A stretch of DNA of 64,000 nt from an uncultured Prevotellaceae bacterium (GTDB taxonomy: Bacteria; Bacteroidota; Bacteroidia; Bacteroidales; Bacteroidaceae), in NCBI GenBank assembly GCA_902783625.1, contig CACZRN010000013.1, forward strand, positions 979 to 64,978, read 5' to 3'. Shown here one piece after another: positions 1-9,807 of the stretch. The translations under genes and the position numbers were made by a program. Each line of letters begins with the position of its first letter. Position 1 is the stretch's first letter. The notes under the pieces were generated by a model, which saw only the letters and a program-made list of their open reading frames with translations, ran no database searches and was not told the DNA's origin.

Positions 1-1
1 C

Positions 2-973
2 CTCGACAACCTCACCACATCGATAGTGATGGTGATGATTCTGCGCAAGCTGGTCAACGAGCACAAGGATCGCATCATCTATGCATCGCTTGTCATCATC
101 TCAGCTAATTCGGGAGGGGCATTCTCACCCATCGGCGATGTGACCACCATCATGCTGTGGAACAAAGGTGTGATAACCGCTGCCGGTGTGATAAGCGAAA
201 TCTTCATCCCGTCGGTCATCTCGATGGTAATCCCCGCTTACATCATGTCGTTCATGCTTAAGGGTGAGCTGACATTCTCTGCCCAACAACAGCGCGCTGT
301 GGCGGCAAGCAGCCTTACTACAGGGCAGCGCAAGACGATATTCTTCCTTGGTGTGGGCGGACTGATGTTCGTGCCAGTGTTCAAGAGTCTTACACATCTG
401 CCTCCGTTTGTGGGAATACTTCTTGTGCTTGGAGTGTTATGGACTGTGACAGAGGTGTTTTATCACAACCTGTCGGAAGTGGAAGAACGTGGTGCCATGC
501 AGAAGCGTGTGAGCCACATGCTGGCACGCATCGACATGTCAACAATACTCTTCTTCCTCGGTATTCTTATGGCTGTGGGATGTCTGGAGACAATCGGTGT
601 ACTCGAGGCACTTGGTAAAGGTCTCGATGTCACCTTCGAAGGCAACCACTACCTCGTTACAGGTATCATCGGAGTGCTGTCGTCGATAGTTGATAATGTC
701 CCGCTCGTGGCAGGATGCATGGGCATGTACCCAGTGCAAGCTGCTGGCGACATGGCTGTCGACGGAGTATTCTGGCAGCTACTGGCATACTGTGCAGGTG
801 TGGGAGGATCGATGCTCATCATCGGCTCAGCAGCAGGTGTGGTTGTGATGGGACTTGAGAAGATTACGTTCGGATGGTATCTGAAGCATATCACGTGGAT
901 AGCGTTTGTAGGATACCTTGCCGGAATAGCCTGCTATTGGGTGCTGCGGACATTTGTCTTCGCACCGCTCTGA
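2..973 (+). CDS. nhaD: Na+/H+ antiporter, NhaD/IT superfamily (5'-truncated by window edge)
   Basis: Polytopic hydrophobic ORF with ANSGGAFSPIGDVTT, SSIVDNVPLV and GGSMLIIGSAAGV motifs; frame open to window start. Confidence 0.85.
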   Translation, partial: LDNLTTSIVMVMILRKLVNEHKDRIIYASLVIISANSGGAFSPIGDVTTIMLWNKGVITAAGVISEIFIPSVISMVIPAYIMSFMLKGELTFSAQQQRAVAASSLTTGQRKTIFFLGVGGLMFVPVFKSLTHLPPFVGILLVLGVLWTVTEVFYHNLSEVEERGAMQKRVSHMLARIDMSTILFFLGILMAVGCLETIGVLEALGKGLDVTFEGNHYLVTGIIGVLSSIVDNVPLVAGCMGMYPVQAAGDMAVDGVFWQLLAYCAGVGGSMLIIGSAAGVVVMGLEKITFGWYLKHITWIAFVGYLAGIACYWVLRTFVFAPL

Positions 974-1012
974 TAACATGTCAGAATAGCCACACAAACC
1001 TAAAATTCACTT

Positions 1013-3592
1013 ATGAAAAAAAACCTTATAGTTATCTGCCTGATGTTGTTGCCCCTTACGGCGACTGCTCAGGCAGATAATGCTTTCGACCGCCTTTTCG
1101 CTCAAGCTGAGAACTTTGCAAGATTGTTCCCGCGAGAGAAAGTGCACTTGCATTTCGACAACACCAGTTACTATCAGGGCGACACCATTTGGTTTAAGGC
1201 TTATCTCGTCACTGCCGACGACAATAAACCCTCTAACATCAGCCGACCGCTGTATGTAGATTTGCTCGACCAGCTCGGAAATATCGTCGACCAACAGATC
1301 ATCAAGATTGAAAACGGTGTCGGCACAGGTCAGATATCGCTTGTGGGGCGCTATTTCACAGGCTACTACGAAGTGAGGGCATATACCAAATGGATGCTTG
1401 CCACCGACGAAGCGCAATATTTCTCACGAACCTTCCCCGTTTATCGAAAACGCATAACAGCCGATGAGCCACGATCAATAGCCCATTACCACATGGACAA
1501 GAGCATGAAGCAACGCCCAGTGGAGAAGGTGAAGAAAATCACAGCTCGCTTCTTCCCTGAAGGAGGACGACTGATAAAAGGATTGCCGTCGGTGGTGGGG
1601 TTTGAGACACTAAGCGAAGATGAGGGATGGGTGAACGTGAACGGATACCTCCTTTCGGAGAATGGCGAGCGCACGCTGCCCATAAGCACAATACATGATG
1701 GCATGGGTACTTTTGTCTATACCCCAGGCGATAAGCCCACTCAGGTGGAGATTGAATACAAAGGCTCTACTCACAAATTCACGTTACCTGCCGCCGAGAA
1801 CGAAGGAATAGTGATGGGGGCAACGATGCGAAACGACGAAATCGACGTTAAGGTAACGCGCAGTGGCGCTGCTGAGAAAACCGACATCGCACTGTTCATC
1901 TTCTCACAAGGAATACCGCTCACCTATGTCCCAGTCGATTTCGACAACTCTTCGACAAAGCAGATACGAATACCCCACGAGTCGCTCCCCGAGGGAGTAA
2001 TACGTCTGGCCATAATCGATGCCAACGGTAAAACCCTTGCCGACAGGTTCTGCTACATGCGCCACGCTGACAACGGCATGAAGATATCCACTACAACCAA
2101 TGCCGAGACCTACCGACCGTTCCAGAAAGTGGAATGTCAGCTACGCCTCACCGATAGTCAGGGCAACCCAGTGAGCAATGCCGAGGTGTCGGTGGCAGTG
2201 AGAGACGGAGCCGAAACCGACTATGCAAAGTACGACAACACAATAGAGACCGACCTGTTGCTTACATCGGAGCTGCGCGGATATATAAACCAACCTGGAT
2301 ATTACTTCACCGACAACTCTCTCAGACTTCGCAAGTTGCTCGACAACCTGATGATTATACGCGGATGGCGGAAGTACGATCTCGACACTGAGTTCGGTTT
2401 GAAAACCTTCACACCGAAATATCTGCCTGAGACTCAACTCACACTTTACGGACACGTCAAGTCGATGTTCCGCGGCACACAGCGCGATTTGGGTGTGTCG
2501 GTACTGGCGAATGGCGAAAACGTGAAGATATCGTCAACCACAGAGACTGATTCGCTTGGCGATTTCAGCATACCTCTCGAGAACTTCGAAGGCGACATGG
2601 AGGCTCTCATTCAGACACGCAAGGAGGGGAAGAAATACAATCGCATGTCAGACGTCATGCTATTCAGATCTTTCCAACCCGAGCCACGCATACTTGACAC
2701 ACACGAGACAAACCCAGTATGGGACGAACCCGTCGATAGCACCGCATTCGCCAATACCATCAACAATGACGACGACTATGTCCCTGATGACGATGTGCAA
2801 ATGATCGACGAGGTGACTGTGAACGCAAAGCGCAAGAAACAATTTGCTCAGAAACGCACCGAGGCTTTTGAGCGCGACATCATAGCATACTACGACATAC
2901 GACAGATCATCGACAAGTTACGTGACGACGGCGTGGCAACAGCCAACGACTTCGGATATATCCTTCATCTGACAAATAACAAGATCGACCGTGCCGGCGA
3001 CAACTACGGCACAGTGCCCATGCGCTATAGCATCGACGGACGCACCATGGAGCGGTTCTTCTTCAATACATACATCGACGCCATCGAAAAAGCATTGCTC
3101 TATACTGAGCGCTCGGGTTTAACTTCATACCGTTTCGACAGCGATACCTACCGCGCCACAAACGAACGATCGATGACATACTGGGACAATACCTACAACG
3201 AAGGCCTTAACCCCGACAACGACAGCGTCAACTATGCCAACCTTGACAAGCCTTACGTTCGCTGCGACGTTACCATGCGGCGAGGGTTCAACCCCAACAA
3301 GAACTATAAACCCACCAAAGGCATACGCTATACCGTGATACAGGGTTACACCCGTCCCGCTGAGTTCTACTCGCCACTCTACCCCGACGAAATACCCGTT
3401 GAGGCTTACGACGATGCCCGTCGCACACTCTATTGGAATCCTGCTATGCGCACCGATGACGACGGGGTGATAAAAATCGACTGCTACAACAACCGCGAGA
3501 CAAACTTCCTCAACATCAACGCTGAGACTATCGTCGATGGCCATCCTGCTGCCACAACACACATCTCATTCAACGGCAGACAAACAAATTGA
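1013..3592 (+). CDS. Secreted Bacteroidetes protein with MG2/macroglobulin-like N-terminal domains
   Basis: Signal peptide; EKVHLHFD..YYQGDTIWFKAY, FFPEGG.L, LLLTSELRGYI..PGYYF and C-terminal RRTLYWNP motifs. Confidence 0.6.
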   Translation: MKKNLIVICLMLLPLTATAQADNAFDRLFAQAENFARLFPREKVHLHFDNTSYYQGDTIWFKAYLVTADDNKPSNISRPLYVDLLDQLGNIVDQQIIKIENGVGTGQISLVGRYFTGYYEVRAYTKWMLATDEAQYFSRTFPVYRKRITADEPRSIAHYHMDKSMKQRPVEKVKKITARFFPEGGRLIKGLPSVVGFETLSEDEGWVNVNGYLLSENGERTLPISTIHDGMGTFVYTPGDKPTQVEIEYKGSTHKFTLPAAENEGIVMGATMRNDEIDVKVTRSGAAEKTDIALFIFSQGIPLTYVPVDFDNSSTKQIRIPHESLPEGVIRLAIIDANGKTLADRFCYMRHADNGMKISTTTNAETYRPFQKVECQLRLTDSQGNPVSNAEVSVAVRDGAETDYAKYDNTIETDLLLTSELRGYINQPGYYFTDNSLRLRKLLDNLMIIRGWRKYDLDTEFGLKTFTPKYLPETQLTLYGHVKSMFRGTQRDLGVSVLANGENVKISSTTETDSLGDFSIPLENFEGDMEALIQTRKEGKKYNRMSDVMLFRSFQPEPRILDTHETNPVWDEPVDSTAFANTINNDDDYVPDDDVQMIDEVTVNAKRKKQFAQKRTEAFERDIIAYYDIRQIIDKLRDDGVATANDFGYILHLTNNKIDRAGDNYGTVPMRYSIDGRTMERFFFNTYIDAIEKALLYTERSGLTSYRFDSDTYRATNERSMTYWDNTYNEGLNPDNDSVNYANLDKPYVRCDVTMRRGFNPNKNYKPTKGIRYTVIQGYTRPAEFYSPLYPDEIPVEAYDDARRTLYWNPAMRTDDDGVIKIDCYNNRETNFLNINAETIVDGHPAATTHISFNGRQTN

Positions 3593-3598
3593 AATAAA

Positions 3599-3671
3599 AA
3601 ACAAGAGACAAAGGTAAGTCGCTCGCGTGCTAAAATATCACGGCACGAAGGACTTCCTTTGTCTCTTGTTT
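3599..3671. terminator. Long hairpin between convergent genes (probable bidirectional terminator)
   Basis: aaacaagagacaaagg(t)aagtc ... gacttcctttgtctcttgttt arms of about 21 bp with one bulge. Confidence 0.7.
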
Positions 3672-3695
3672 ATTTGCTATGTAACCAGTGAGCCG

Positions 3696-4727
3696 TTATG
3701 CGTTGCTGTCACTTATTGCTTCCATGATTTGAGCCTCGATGGCATCGGCAAGCTCTGGATTGTCGGCAAGCAGTTGCTTGGTGGCATCGCGACCTTGTGC
3801 AAGTTTGGTGTCATCGTAGGAGAACCACGAGCCGCTCTTCTTGATAATGCCGTATTCCACACCGAGATCAACGAGTTCACCCGTCTTAGAGATGCCTTCG
3901 CCAAAGGTAATTTCAAACTCTGCCTTGCGGAATGGTGGCGCCACTTTATTCTTGACCACTTTCACACGCACCTGACTTCCTACTACATTGTCGCCATCTT
4001 TTATCTGTCCGGTCTTACGGATGTCGATACGCACACTAGCATAGAATTTCAGGGCGTTGCCACCTGTCGTAGTCTCGGGATTGCCGAACATGACGCCGAT
4101 CTTCTCGCGCAACTGGTTGATGAAGATACAGGTGGTCTTTGTCTTCGATATAGTACTTGTCAGCTTGCGCAGTGCCTGGCTCATCAGTCGTGCCTGCAGT
4201 CCTACCACACTGTCGCCCATCTCACCATCGATTTCTTTCTTCGGTGTGAGTGCTGCGACAGAGTCGATGACGAGGATATCGATAGCCGACGAACTGATTA
4301 GCTGGTCGGCAATCTGAAGCGCCTGCTCGCCATTGTCGGGCTGTGATATCCAAAGGTTGTCGGTATCGACACCGAGGTTTGATGCATAGAAACGGTCGAA
4401 GGCATGCTCGGCATCGATGAATGCAGCTATGCCTCCAGCCTTTTGGGCTTCTGCAATAGCATGGATGGCAAGCGTCGTCTTACCCGATGACTCAGGACCA
4501 TATATCTCGATGATTCTTCCCTTAGGGTATCCACCAACACCGAGCGCGGCATTGAGTCCGATACTGCCAGTCGGGATAACCTCCACATTGTCTATTCTCT
4601 CGTCGCCCAGCTTCATAATCGAGCCCTTGCCGAAGTCTTTCTCTATCTTCGACATTGCTGCCTGCAAGGCTTTCAGCTTTTCAGAATTAGGGTTTACTGC
4701 CCCTTCTACTACTTCTTTCTTTGCCAT
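3696..4727 (-). CDS. recA: Recombinase RecA
   Basis: [10 protein letters not shown]-loop, [31 protein letters not shown]. Confidence 0.99.
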   Translation of the reverse strand: MAKKEVVEGAVNPNSEKLKALQAAMSKIEKDFGKGSIMKLGDERIDNVEVIPTGSIGLNAALGVGGYPKGRIIEIYGPESSGKTTLAIHAIAEAQKAGGIAAFIDAEHAFDRFYASNLGVDTDNLWISQPDNGEQALQIADQLISSSAIDILVIDSVAALTPKKEIDGEMGDSVVGLQARLMSQALRKLTSTISKTKTTCIFINQLREKIGVMFGNPETTTGGNALKFYASVRIDIRKTGQIKDGDNVVGSQVRVKVVKNKVAPPFRKAEFEITFGEGISKTGELVDLGVEYGIIKKSGSWFSYDDTKLAQGRDATKQLLADNPELADAIEAQIMEAISDSNA

Positions 4728-4763
4728 AGTTATTATATTATTATGTTAATCTGTTTTGTTGTA

Positions 4764-6002
4764 CTATAGTTCAAGATCTCCGTCGAATACCTCATGCCAT
4801 GGGAGGCCTTGGATATTAAGTTGCTCCATGAATGGATCTGGGTCGAAGTCTTCCACATTCCACACACCAGGCTTGCGCCAAATACCTTTGAGGAACATCA
4901 TCGCACCTATCATTGCCGGCACTCCTGTAGTGTAGCTCACCCCTTGCATGCCTGTTTCCTCGTAGGCATCTTGGTGTTTACAATTGTTGTACACATAGTA
5001 GGTGTGTTCCTTGCCGTCTTTAATTCCACGTATGCGGCATCCAATGCTTGTCTCGCCATCGTAGTTCTCGCCAAGGTCTTGCGGATTAGGCAACACTGCC
5101 TTTAAGAACTGCAGCGGCACAATCTTCACTTTGGCTGTCTTGCCACTGTCGTCAGCAAGCGGTGCCTCATATACTATCTCGTCGATACGGCTCATGCCGA
5201 TGTTCTGAATAACATCGAGATAGGTGAGATACTGCTGTCCGAATGTCATCCAGAAGCGTGCCTGCCGGATGGTGGGATAATTCTTCACAAGCGATTCTAG
5301 CTCCTCGTGATGCATCAGATAGCTCTCTCTGGGGCCAATGTTAGGATATGTCAGCGCCTTATGCACCTCAAGCGGTTCGGTTTCAATCCACTCACCATCC
5401 TTGTAGTAGAGTCCTTTCTGTGTTATCTCGCGAATGTTAATCTCTGGATTGAAGTTTGTGGCGAAAGCTTTATGATGATTACCGGCATTGCAGTCCACGA
5501 TGTCGAGATGAGTGATTTCGTCGAAGTGATGTTTTGCCGCATAGGCTGTGTAGATACCCGACACACCAGGGTCGAATCCGCATCCGAGTATTGCTGTGAG
5601 CCCTGCCTGTTCAAAACGATCCTTGTAGGCCCATTGCCATGAGTATTCGAAGTGCGCCTCGTCCTTCGGCTCGTAGTTGGCCGTATCGAGATAATTGCAT
5701 CCGCATGCCAGACAAGCCTCCATTATCGTGAGGTCTTGATATGGCAAGGCAAGGTTGATGACGAGCTCTGGACGATAGCTGCTGAACAATGCTTTCAGTT
5801 GCTCCACGTCATCGGCATCCACCTGTGCTGTCTGTATGGGCATCGTGTAGCCCTTGTCGTGGATGGCCTTTACCAGTTTGTCGCATTTTTCCTTGCGGCG
5901 GCTGGCAATCATAAACTCAATGAATACGTCAGCATTCTGTGCAATCTTGAATGCTGCTACGGTGGCCACGCCACCGGCTCCAATCATAAGTACTCTGCTC
6001 AT
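4764..6002 (-). CDS. Saccharopine dehydrogenase family / carboxynorspermidine dehydrogenase
   Basis: Start moved to MSRVLMIGAGGVA (Rossmann fold); YLDTANYE, GCGFDPG, FATNFNPEINIRE, VSYTTGVP motifs. Confidence 0.85.
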   Translation of the reverse strand: MSRVLMIGAGGVATVAAFKIAQNADVFIEFMIASRRKEKCDKLVKAIHDKGYTMPIQTAQVDADDVEQLKALFSSYRPELVINLALPYQDLTIMEACLACGCNYLDTANYEPKDEAHFEYSWQWAYKDRFEQAGLTAILGCGFDPGVSGIYTAYAAKHHFDEITHLDIVDCNAGNHHKAFATNFNPEINIREITQKGLYYKDGEWIETEPLEVHKALTYPNIGPRESYLMHHEELESLVKNYPTIRQARFWMTFGQQYLTYLDVIQNIGMSRIDEIVYEAPLADDSGKTAKVKIVPLQFLKAVLPNPQDLGENYDGETSIGCRIRGIKDGKEHTYYVYNNCKHQDAYEETGMQGVSYTTGVPAMIGAMMFLKGIWRKPGVWNVEDFDPDPFMEQLNIQGLPWHEVFDGDLEL

Positions 6003-6167
6003 ATTTCTACGTTCTTCGTTAGTAATTACATGTTTGTCATACTTTTTCCGCGATGAACTGAACCAAAAGTCGGCAATCATGTCGCTTTGCTGTGCATCGT
6101 TCCTGTCGGCAACTATATCATCGAGCCGACGAGGCAGTTTGTAAAACTTACCCATATCTGTATGCTT

Positions 6168-6785
6168 TTATTTTATTTCATCTGCTCTTATGCCAAGTGC
6201 ATTCATCAGCGAGTATCCGAGGATTTCCTGGCGGAAGTTGCCTCCCGCTATCGGTTGCATGGCAAAGATAGTTATCCGCTTGTCGTCGTCGACAGTACGG
6301 AGTGTCCTGCGTAGCAAGTCAAGTGTGGCCGCATCATCGGCATTAGGCACTATCATCAGTCGCCTCAACTCCTTCTGCGTTATTGCCATCGCTGCAATAT
6401 CGGCAATCATCTCTGCCTTTGTGGTCAAATCTTCGTGACTGACAACGCTGAAGGTGAATTCTCCCAAGTTATCAGCGAAAGCCTTCCCATTTATCTCTGT
6501 TGCAAAGTGCGAGGGAGCGAAGTTCTCAAGTCGCTCCGTGCGACCGTCGGTTACCATCACCACCATCGTCTCAACCTTTCTCCCTTCATCGCCATCGGCA
6601 ATTTTCATGCCACCGTCGAGGGCTATGCAGTCCATCCAACGTGGCAGGTCGGCAGGTGGTATGTGGCGACCTATCATCCGTTCAAAGTTGACAATGAGGT
6701 CGAATGCCACACTGTCGACATATTCCGCATCGACAACTATCACATTTTCAGGCCATTGCTGAGGGATATCTGCATATGTATTCAT
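6168..6785 (-). CDS. Conserved Bacteroidales hypothetical protein (DUF6621-like)
   Basis: Typical FERMIGR.IP.ADL..W.DC.ALDGG and LGYSLM.ALGI motifs; start taken at MNTY. Confidence 0.6.
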   Translation of the reverse strand: MNTYADIPQQWPENVIVVDAEYVDSVAFDLIVNFERMIGRHIPPADLPRWMDCIALDGGMKIADGDEGRKVETMVVMVTDGRTERLENFAPSHFATEINGKAFADNLGEFTFSVVSHEDLTTKAEMIADIAAMAITQKELRRLMIVPNADDAATLDLLRRTLRTVDDDKRITIFAMQPIAGGNFRQEILGYSLMNALGIRADEIK

Positions 6786-7022
6786 TGATAGCAAAATTAC
6801 TTAATAAATTCGAAGATTGCAAGAGAAAAACGCCAAAAGTTGTCTCGGATGACAAAGATTATGGTAGGGATAGATTATCAAAAGAGACATTTGTGAGGTC
6901 AATGTCAGATTTTGTAATGTCAATATCAGGCCTTCGCACTGACAATACAAAGGCCTGATACTAAAGAATATGTACCGCAGCACAATACCGGTGTGATAAA
7001 GTGACGGTTACCGCAGATTGTT

Positions 7023-7931
7023 CTACTTCACTGGTTCAACTGTGTAGCCAGCGTTCTTTAGCAACTGCAGCACACCCTTCTCTCCCGGTAAATGGAGTGC
7101 ACCCACTACGAAGAAAGTCGGAGCCTTCTTCATTATCTCGGGCATCTTGGTCAGCCAGTCGGCATTGCGGTTGTCAACGAGTGCGGCATTCTCCTCGGGA
7201 GTGACGTCGCACGAGTTGCCTATCTTCTCGTCGCTCACCTTCTTAAGTGCGTCGAGATCCTGAGCGTAGAATGCCTTCGTCAACTTCTCGAGCATCTCGG
7301 CCTGATAGTCGTTATGGTCGATGAAGCACTCGAGCAACTGTGCCTGACGCTCCATAGGCTGCGAACCATAAAGCAGGTCAGCCTGGAACTTCACATCCTC
7401 TAATCCACCCACAGGCTCTTTGTTAGCCTTGGCCTGTGCCTGAAAATACATGTCGAACGATGTCGAGGGATCGAACTCGCCCATGTGGTTCATCATGTAT
7501 GTCAGCACAATCAGCTGAGTGACAAGTGCATAGGGCTTCATCTTACCCATACTGTTAGCCACCTCAGGCGACGAGAATCCCACACCGAGCTTCGAAGCAA
7601 GGAATTTGTCGAGTTTCTGATACTGCCCTGGGGTAAGCACATCCTTCAGAGTCTGCCCCTCGGGCAACATCATTGCGGTCTGTAGATACGACATGCCCTC
7701 GGCATCGGTCATCGTAGCCATATCGAGCTCGCCATACACCTGATCGGTCACCGTAAGAGCATCTTTCACTCCGGCAATTTTCTCAATAAAACTTACGTTG
7801 GCAAGATGGTGAGAACCGATGATGAACGACGGTTTCTCAAGATCACCACCAGAGATTTTCCACAATAACTGTGCATTAACGCTGCCCGCTGCAAACATTG
7901 CCACAACGGCAAGGAGGATTGTTTTCTTCAT
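7023..7931 (-). CDS. TraB/GumN family secreted protein
   Basis: Signal peptide; LLWKISG, GSHH, GLE, RN..W and VGALHLPG motifs. Confidence 0.88.
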   Translation of the reverse strand: MKKTILLAVVAMFAAGSVNAQLLWKISGGDLEKPSFIIGSHHLANVSFIEKIAGVKDALTVTDQVYGELDMATMTDAEGMSYLQTAMMLPEGQTLKDVLTPGQYQKLDKFLASKLGVGFSSPEVANSMGKMKPYALVTQLIVLTYMMNHMGEFDPSTSFDMYFQAQAKANKEPVGGLEDVKFQADLLYGSQPMERQAQLLECFIDHNDYQAEMLEKLTKAFYAQDLDALKKVSDEKIGNSCDVTPEENAALVDNRNADWLTKMPEIMKKAPTFFVVGALHLPGEKGVLQLLKNAGYTVEPVK

Positions 7932-8139
7932 TTTCGTTTCGTATTTGTTTGGTTATTAATGTCGTTATAAATGTAAATATATTAATTGTTATTCAGTTAA
8001 CAAGAAAAAATGATATATCACATGCAAAAATAAGACAAATTAACAAGAAATAATATAAAAAGAATCTTGTTTTTATTTAATAATTCGTAATTTAGCCATC
8101 GCATTAGCATAAAAAGTAAGTTTTAACATCATTTTTATC

Positions 8140-9516
8140 ATGAAAAAATCATTATTATCACTCTTTCTGCTGGCGATTGCAACTATGCTCAACGCCCAGA
8201 ATCACATTCAAACCCAAGTGCCAATACGCCCTGCTGGACAAACCGACGTTATCGGACTCACCGTACCGAAGATGAAAGTGGTGAGAATAGGCATCGTCGG
8301 ACTGGGTATGCGTGGGCCAGGGGCTGTATATCGTCTCAGCAACATCGAGGGCACGGAGATTGTCGCACTGTGCGATGTGGAGCCCAACCGCGTGGAGGCA
8401 GCACAGGAAATACTGAAGAAGAACAACCGCAAACCAGCCGCCAGTTATAGCGGATCGGCGGAGGCATATAAAAAGATGTGTGAGCGTAACGATATCGACC
8501 TGGTGTATATCTGCACCGACTGGGTGCACCACACACCAATAGCTCTCTACGCCATGGAGCACGGCAAGAACACCGCCATTGAGGTGCCCGCCGCCACATC
8601 AATGGAGGAGATATGGGCACTCATCAATACATCGGAGCGCACACGCAAGCACTGCATGATGCTCGAAAACTGCGTGTACGACTTTTTCGAGATTTCTTCG
8701 CTCAGCATGGCACAGAAAGGACTCTTCGGCGACATACTGCATGTGGAGGGTTCATACCTGCACAACCTCGACGATGTGTGGCCGCAATATTGGAACAACT
8801 GGCGTCTCGACTTCAATGAGAAGCACCGCGGCGACCTTTACCCAACCCACGGCATAGGCCCCGACTGTCAGGTACTCAACATACACCGCGGCGACCGCAT
8901 GGACTATCTGGTGGCTATGGACACCAAATCGGTCAACGGGCCGAAGCATGTAAAACGTCTCACGGGCAAAGATAGCGAACGCTTTGCCAGCGGTGACGAG
9001 ACATCGACACTCATACACACCGCCCTCGACCGCACAATGCTCATCGAGCACGACGTGATGACGCCACGCCCTTACAGCCGTATGTACCAGATTGTGGGCT
9101 CCGAGGGATACGCTTCAAAATACCCCGTCGAGCAGTTGTGCTTCCGCAAGGAAACCCTCGAACAGTTCGAAGGGCGCCAACTCGAGGGAGTGAGCACACA
9201 CTCAGCACTGCCAGCAAGCCTACAGCAAGAGCTGCTGCGAAAGTACACGCCGCAGTTTGTGAAAGATATCGAAGAGAAAGCCAAAGCGGTTGGCGGGCAC
9301 GGAGGCATGGACTATATAATGGACTATCGTCTCATCTACTGCCTGCGTAACGGTCTGCCGCTCGACATGGACGTGTACGATCTGGCCGAGTGGTGCTGCA
9401 TCAGCGAGCTCTCGCGTCTGTCAATCGAGAACGGATCGATGCCCGTTGATATACCTGACTTCACCCGTGGGGCATGGAACAAGGTAAAAGGCTTCACATG
9501 GAAATTTGCTGAATAG
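8140..9516 (+). CDS. Gfo/Idh/MocA NAD-dependent glycoside hydrolase, GH109-like (alpha-N-acetylgalactosaminidase)
   Basis: Signal peptide; GLGMRG, EVPAA, ENCVY, YPTHG, GGHGGMD motifs. Confidence 0.88.
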   Translation: MKKSLLSLFLLAIATMLNAQNHIQTQVPIRPAGQTDVIGLTVPKMKVVRIGIVGLGMRGPGAVYRLSNIEGTEIVALCDVEPNRVEAAQEILKKNNRKPAASYSGSAEAYKKMCERNDIDLVYICTDWVHHTPIALYAMEHGKNTAIEVPAATSMEEIWALINTSERTRKHCMMLENCVYDFFEISSLSMAQKGLFGDILHVEGSYLHNLDDVWPQYWNNWRLDFNEKHRGDLYPTHGIGPDCQVLNIHRGDRMDYLVAMDTKSVNGPKHVKRLTGKDSERFASGDETSTLIHTALDRTMLIEHDVMTPRPYSRMYQIVGSEGYASKYPVEQLCFRKETLEQFEGRQLEGVSTHSALPASLQQELLRKYTPQFVKDIEEKAKAVGGHGGMDYIMDYRLIYCLRNGLPLDMDVYDLAEWCCISELSRLSIENGSMPVDIPDFTRGAWNKVKGFTWKFAE

Positions 9517-9626
9517 CAGTTGCTATTTGTCATGTAACTCCTTGCAAACTTGTTGAGCGCATTGCGAACCACTGACACCAAGGGAAGTAATCATTGTCTC
9601 CCTGTCTCATCAAATCTAATATAAAA

Positions 9627-9709
9627 AATTTTGCTAGCAAAATTTCGAATAGAAAGGCTCTTTAATGGCAATAGAAAGCCTCTTTAACGAGAATTTTGCT
9701 AGCAAAATT
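9627..9709. repeat. Phased-dyad intergenic element copy 1 (cap-2 units-cap)
   Basis: AATTTTGCTAGCAAAATT palindromes centred at 9635.5 and 9700.5 flanking two 22-bp units. Confidence 0.9.
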
Positions 9710-9746
9710 ATCAACACACGATACAATAGCATAGAACAGACATAAC

Positions 9747-9780
9747 AAAAATTGCCGCAACCAATCATGGCTGCGGCAAT
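9747..9780 (-). terminator. Rho-independent terminator
   Basis: attgccgc-aaccaatcatggct-gcggcaat hairpin with T-run on minus strand. Confidence 0.7.
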
Positions 9781-9807
9781 ATATTGTTTACATGAATCGT
9801 TTTCGCC

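Noticed and set aside
3627-4301. 224-aa ORF opposite recA
   Set aside because: Typical antisense shadow of a codon-biased gene
6003-6155. 51-aa N-terminal extension of the saccharopine-dehydrogenase-family gene
   Set aside because: The Rossmann motif starts right after Met at 6002; the extension is probably untranslated, though not excluded
6924-6960. Inverted repeat tatcaggcctt/aaggcctgata as part of the phased-dyad family
   Set aside because: Lacks the AGAGNCTCT core and 22-bp period; best explained as the terminator of the TraB-family gene
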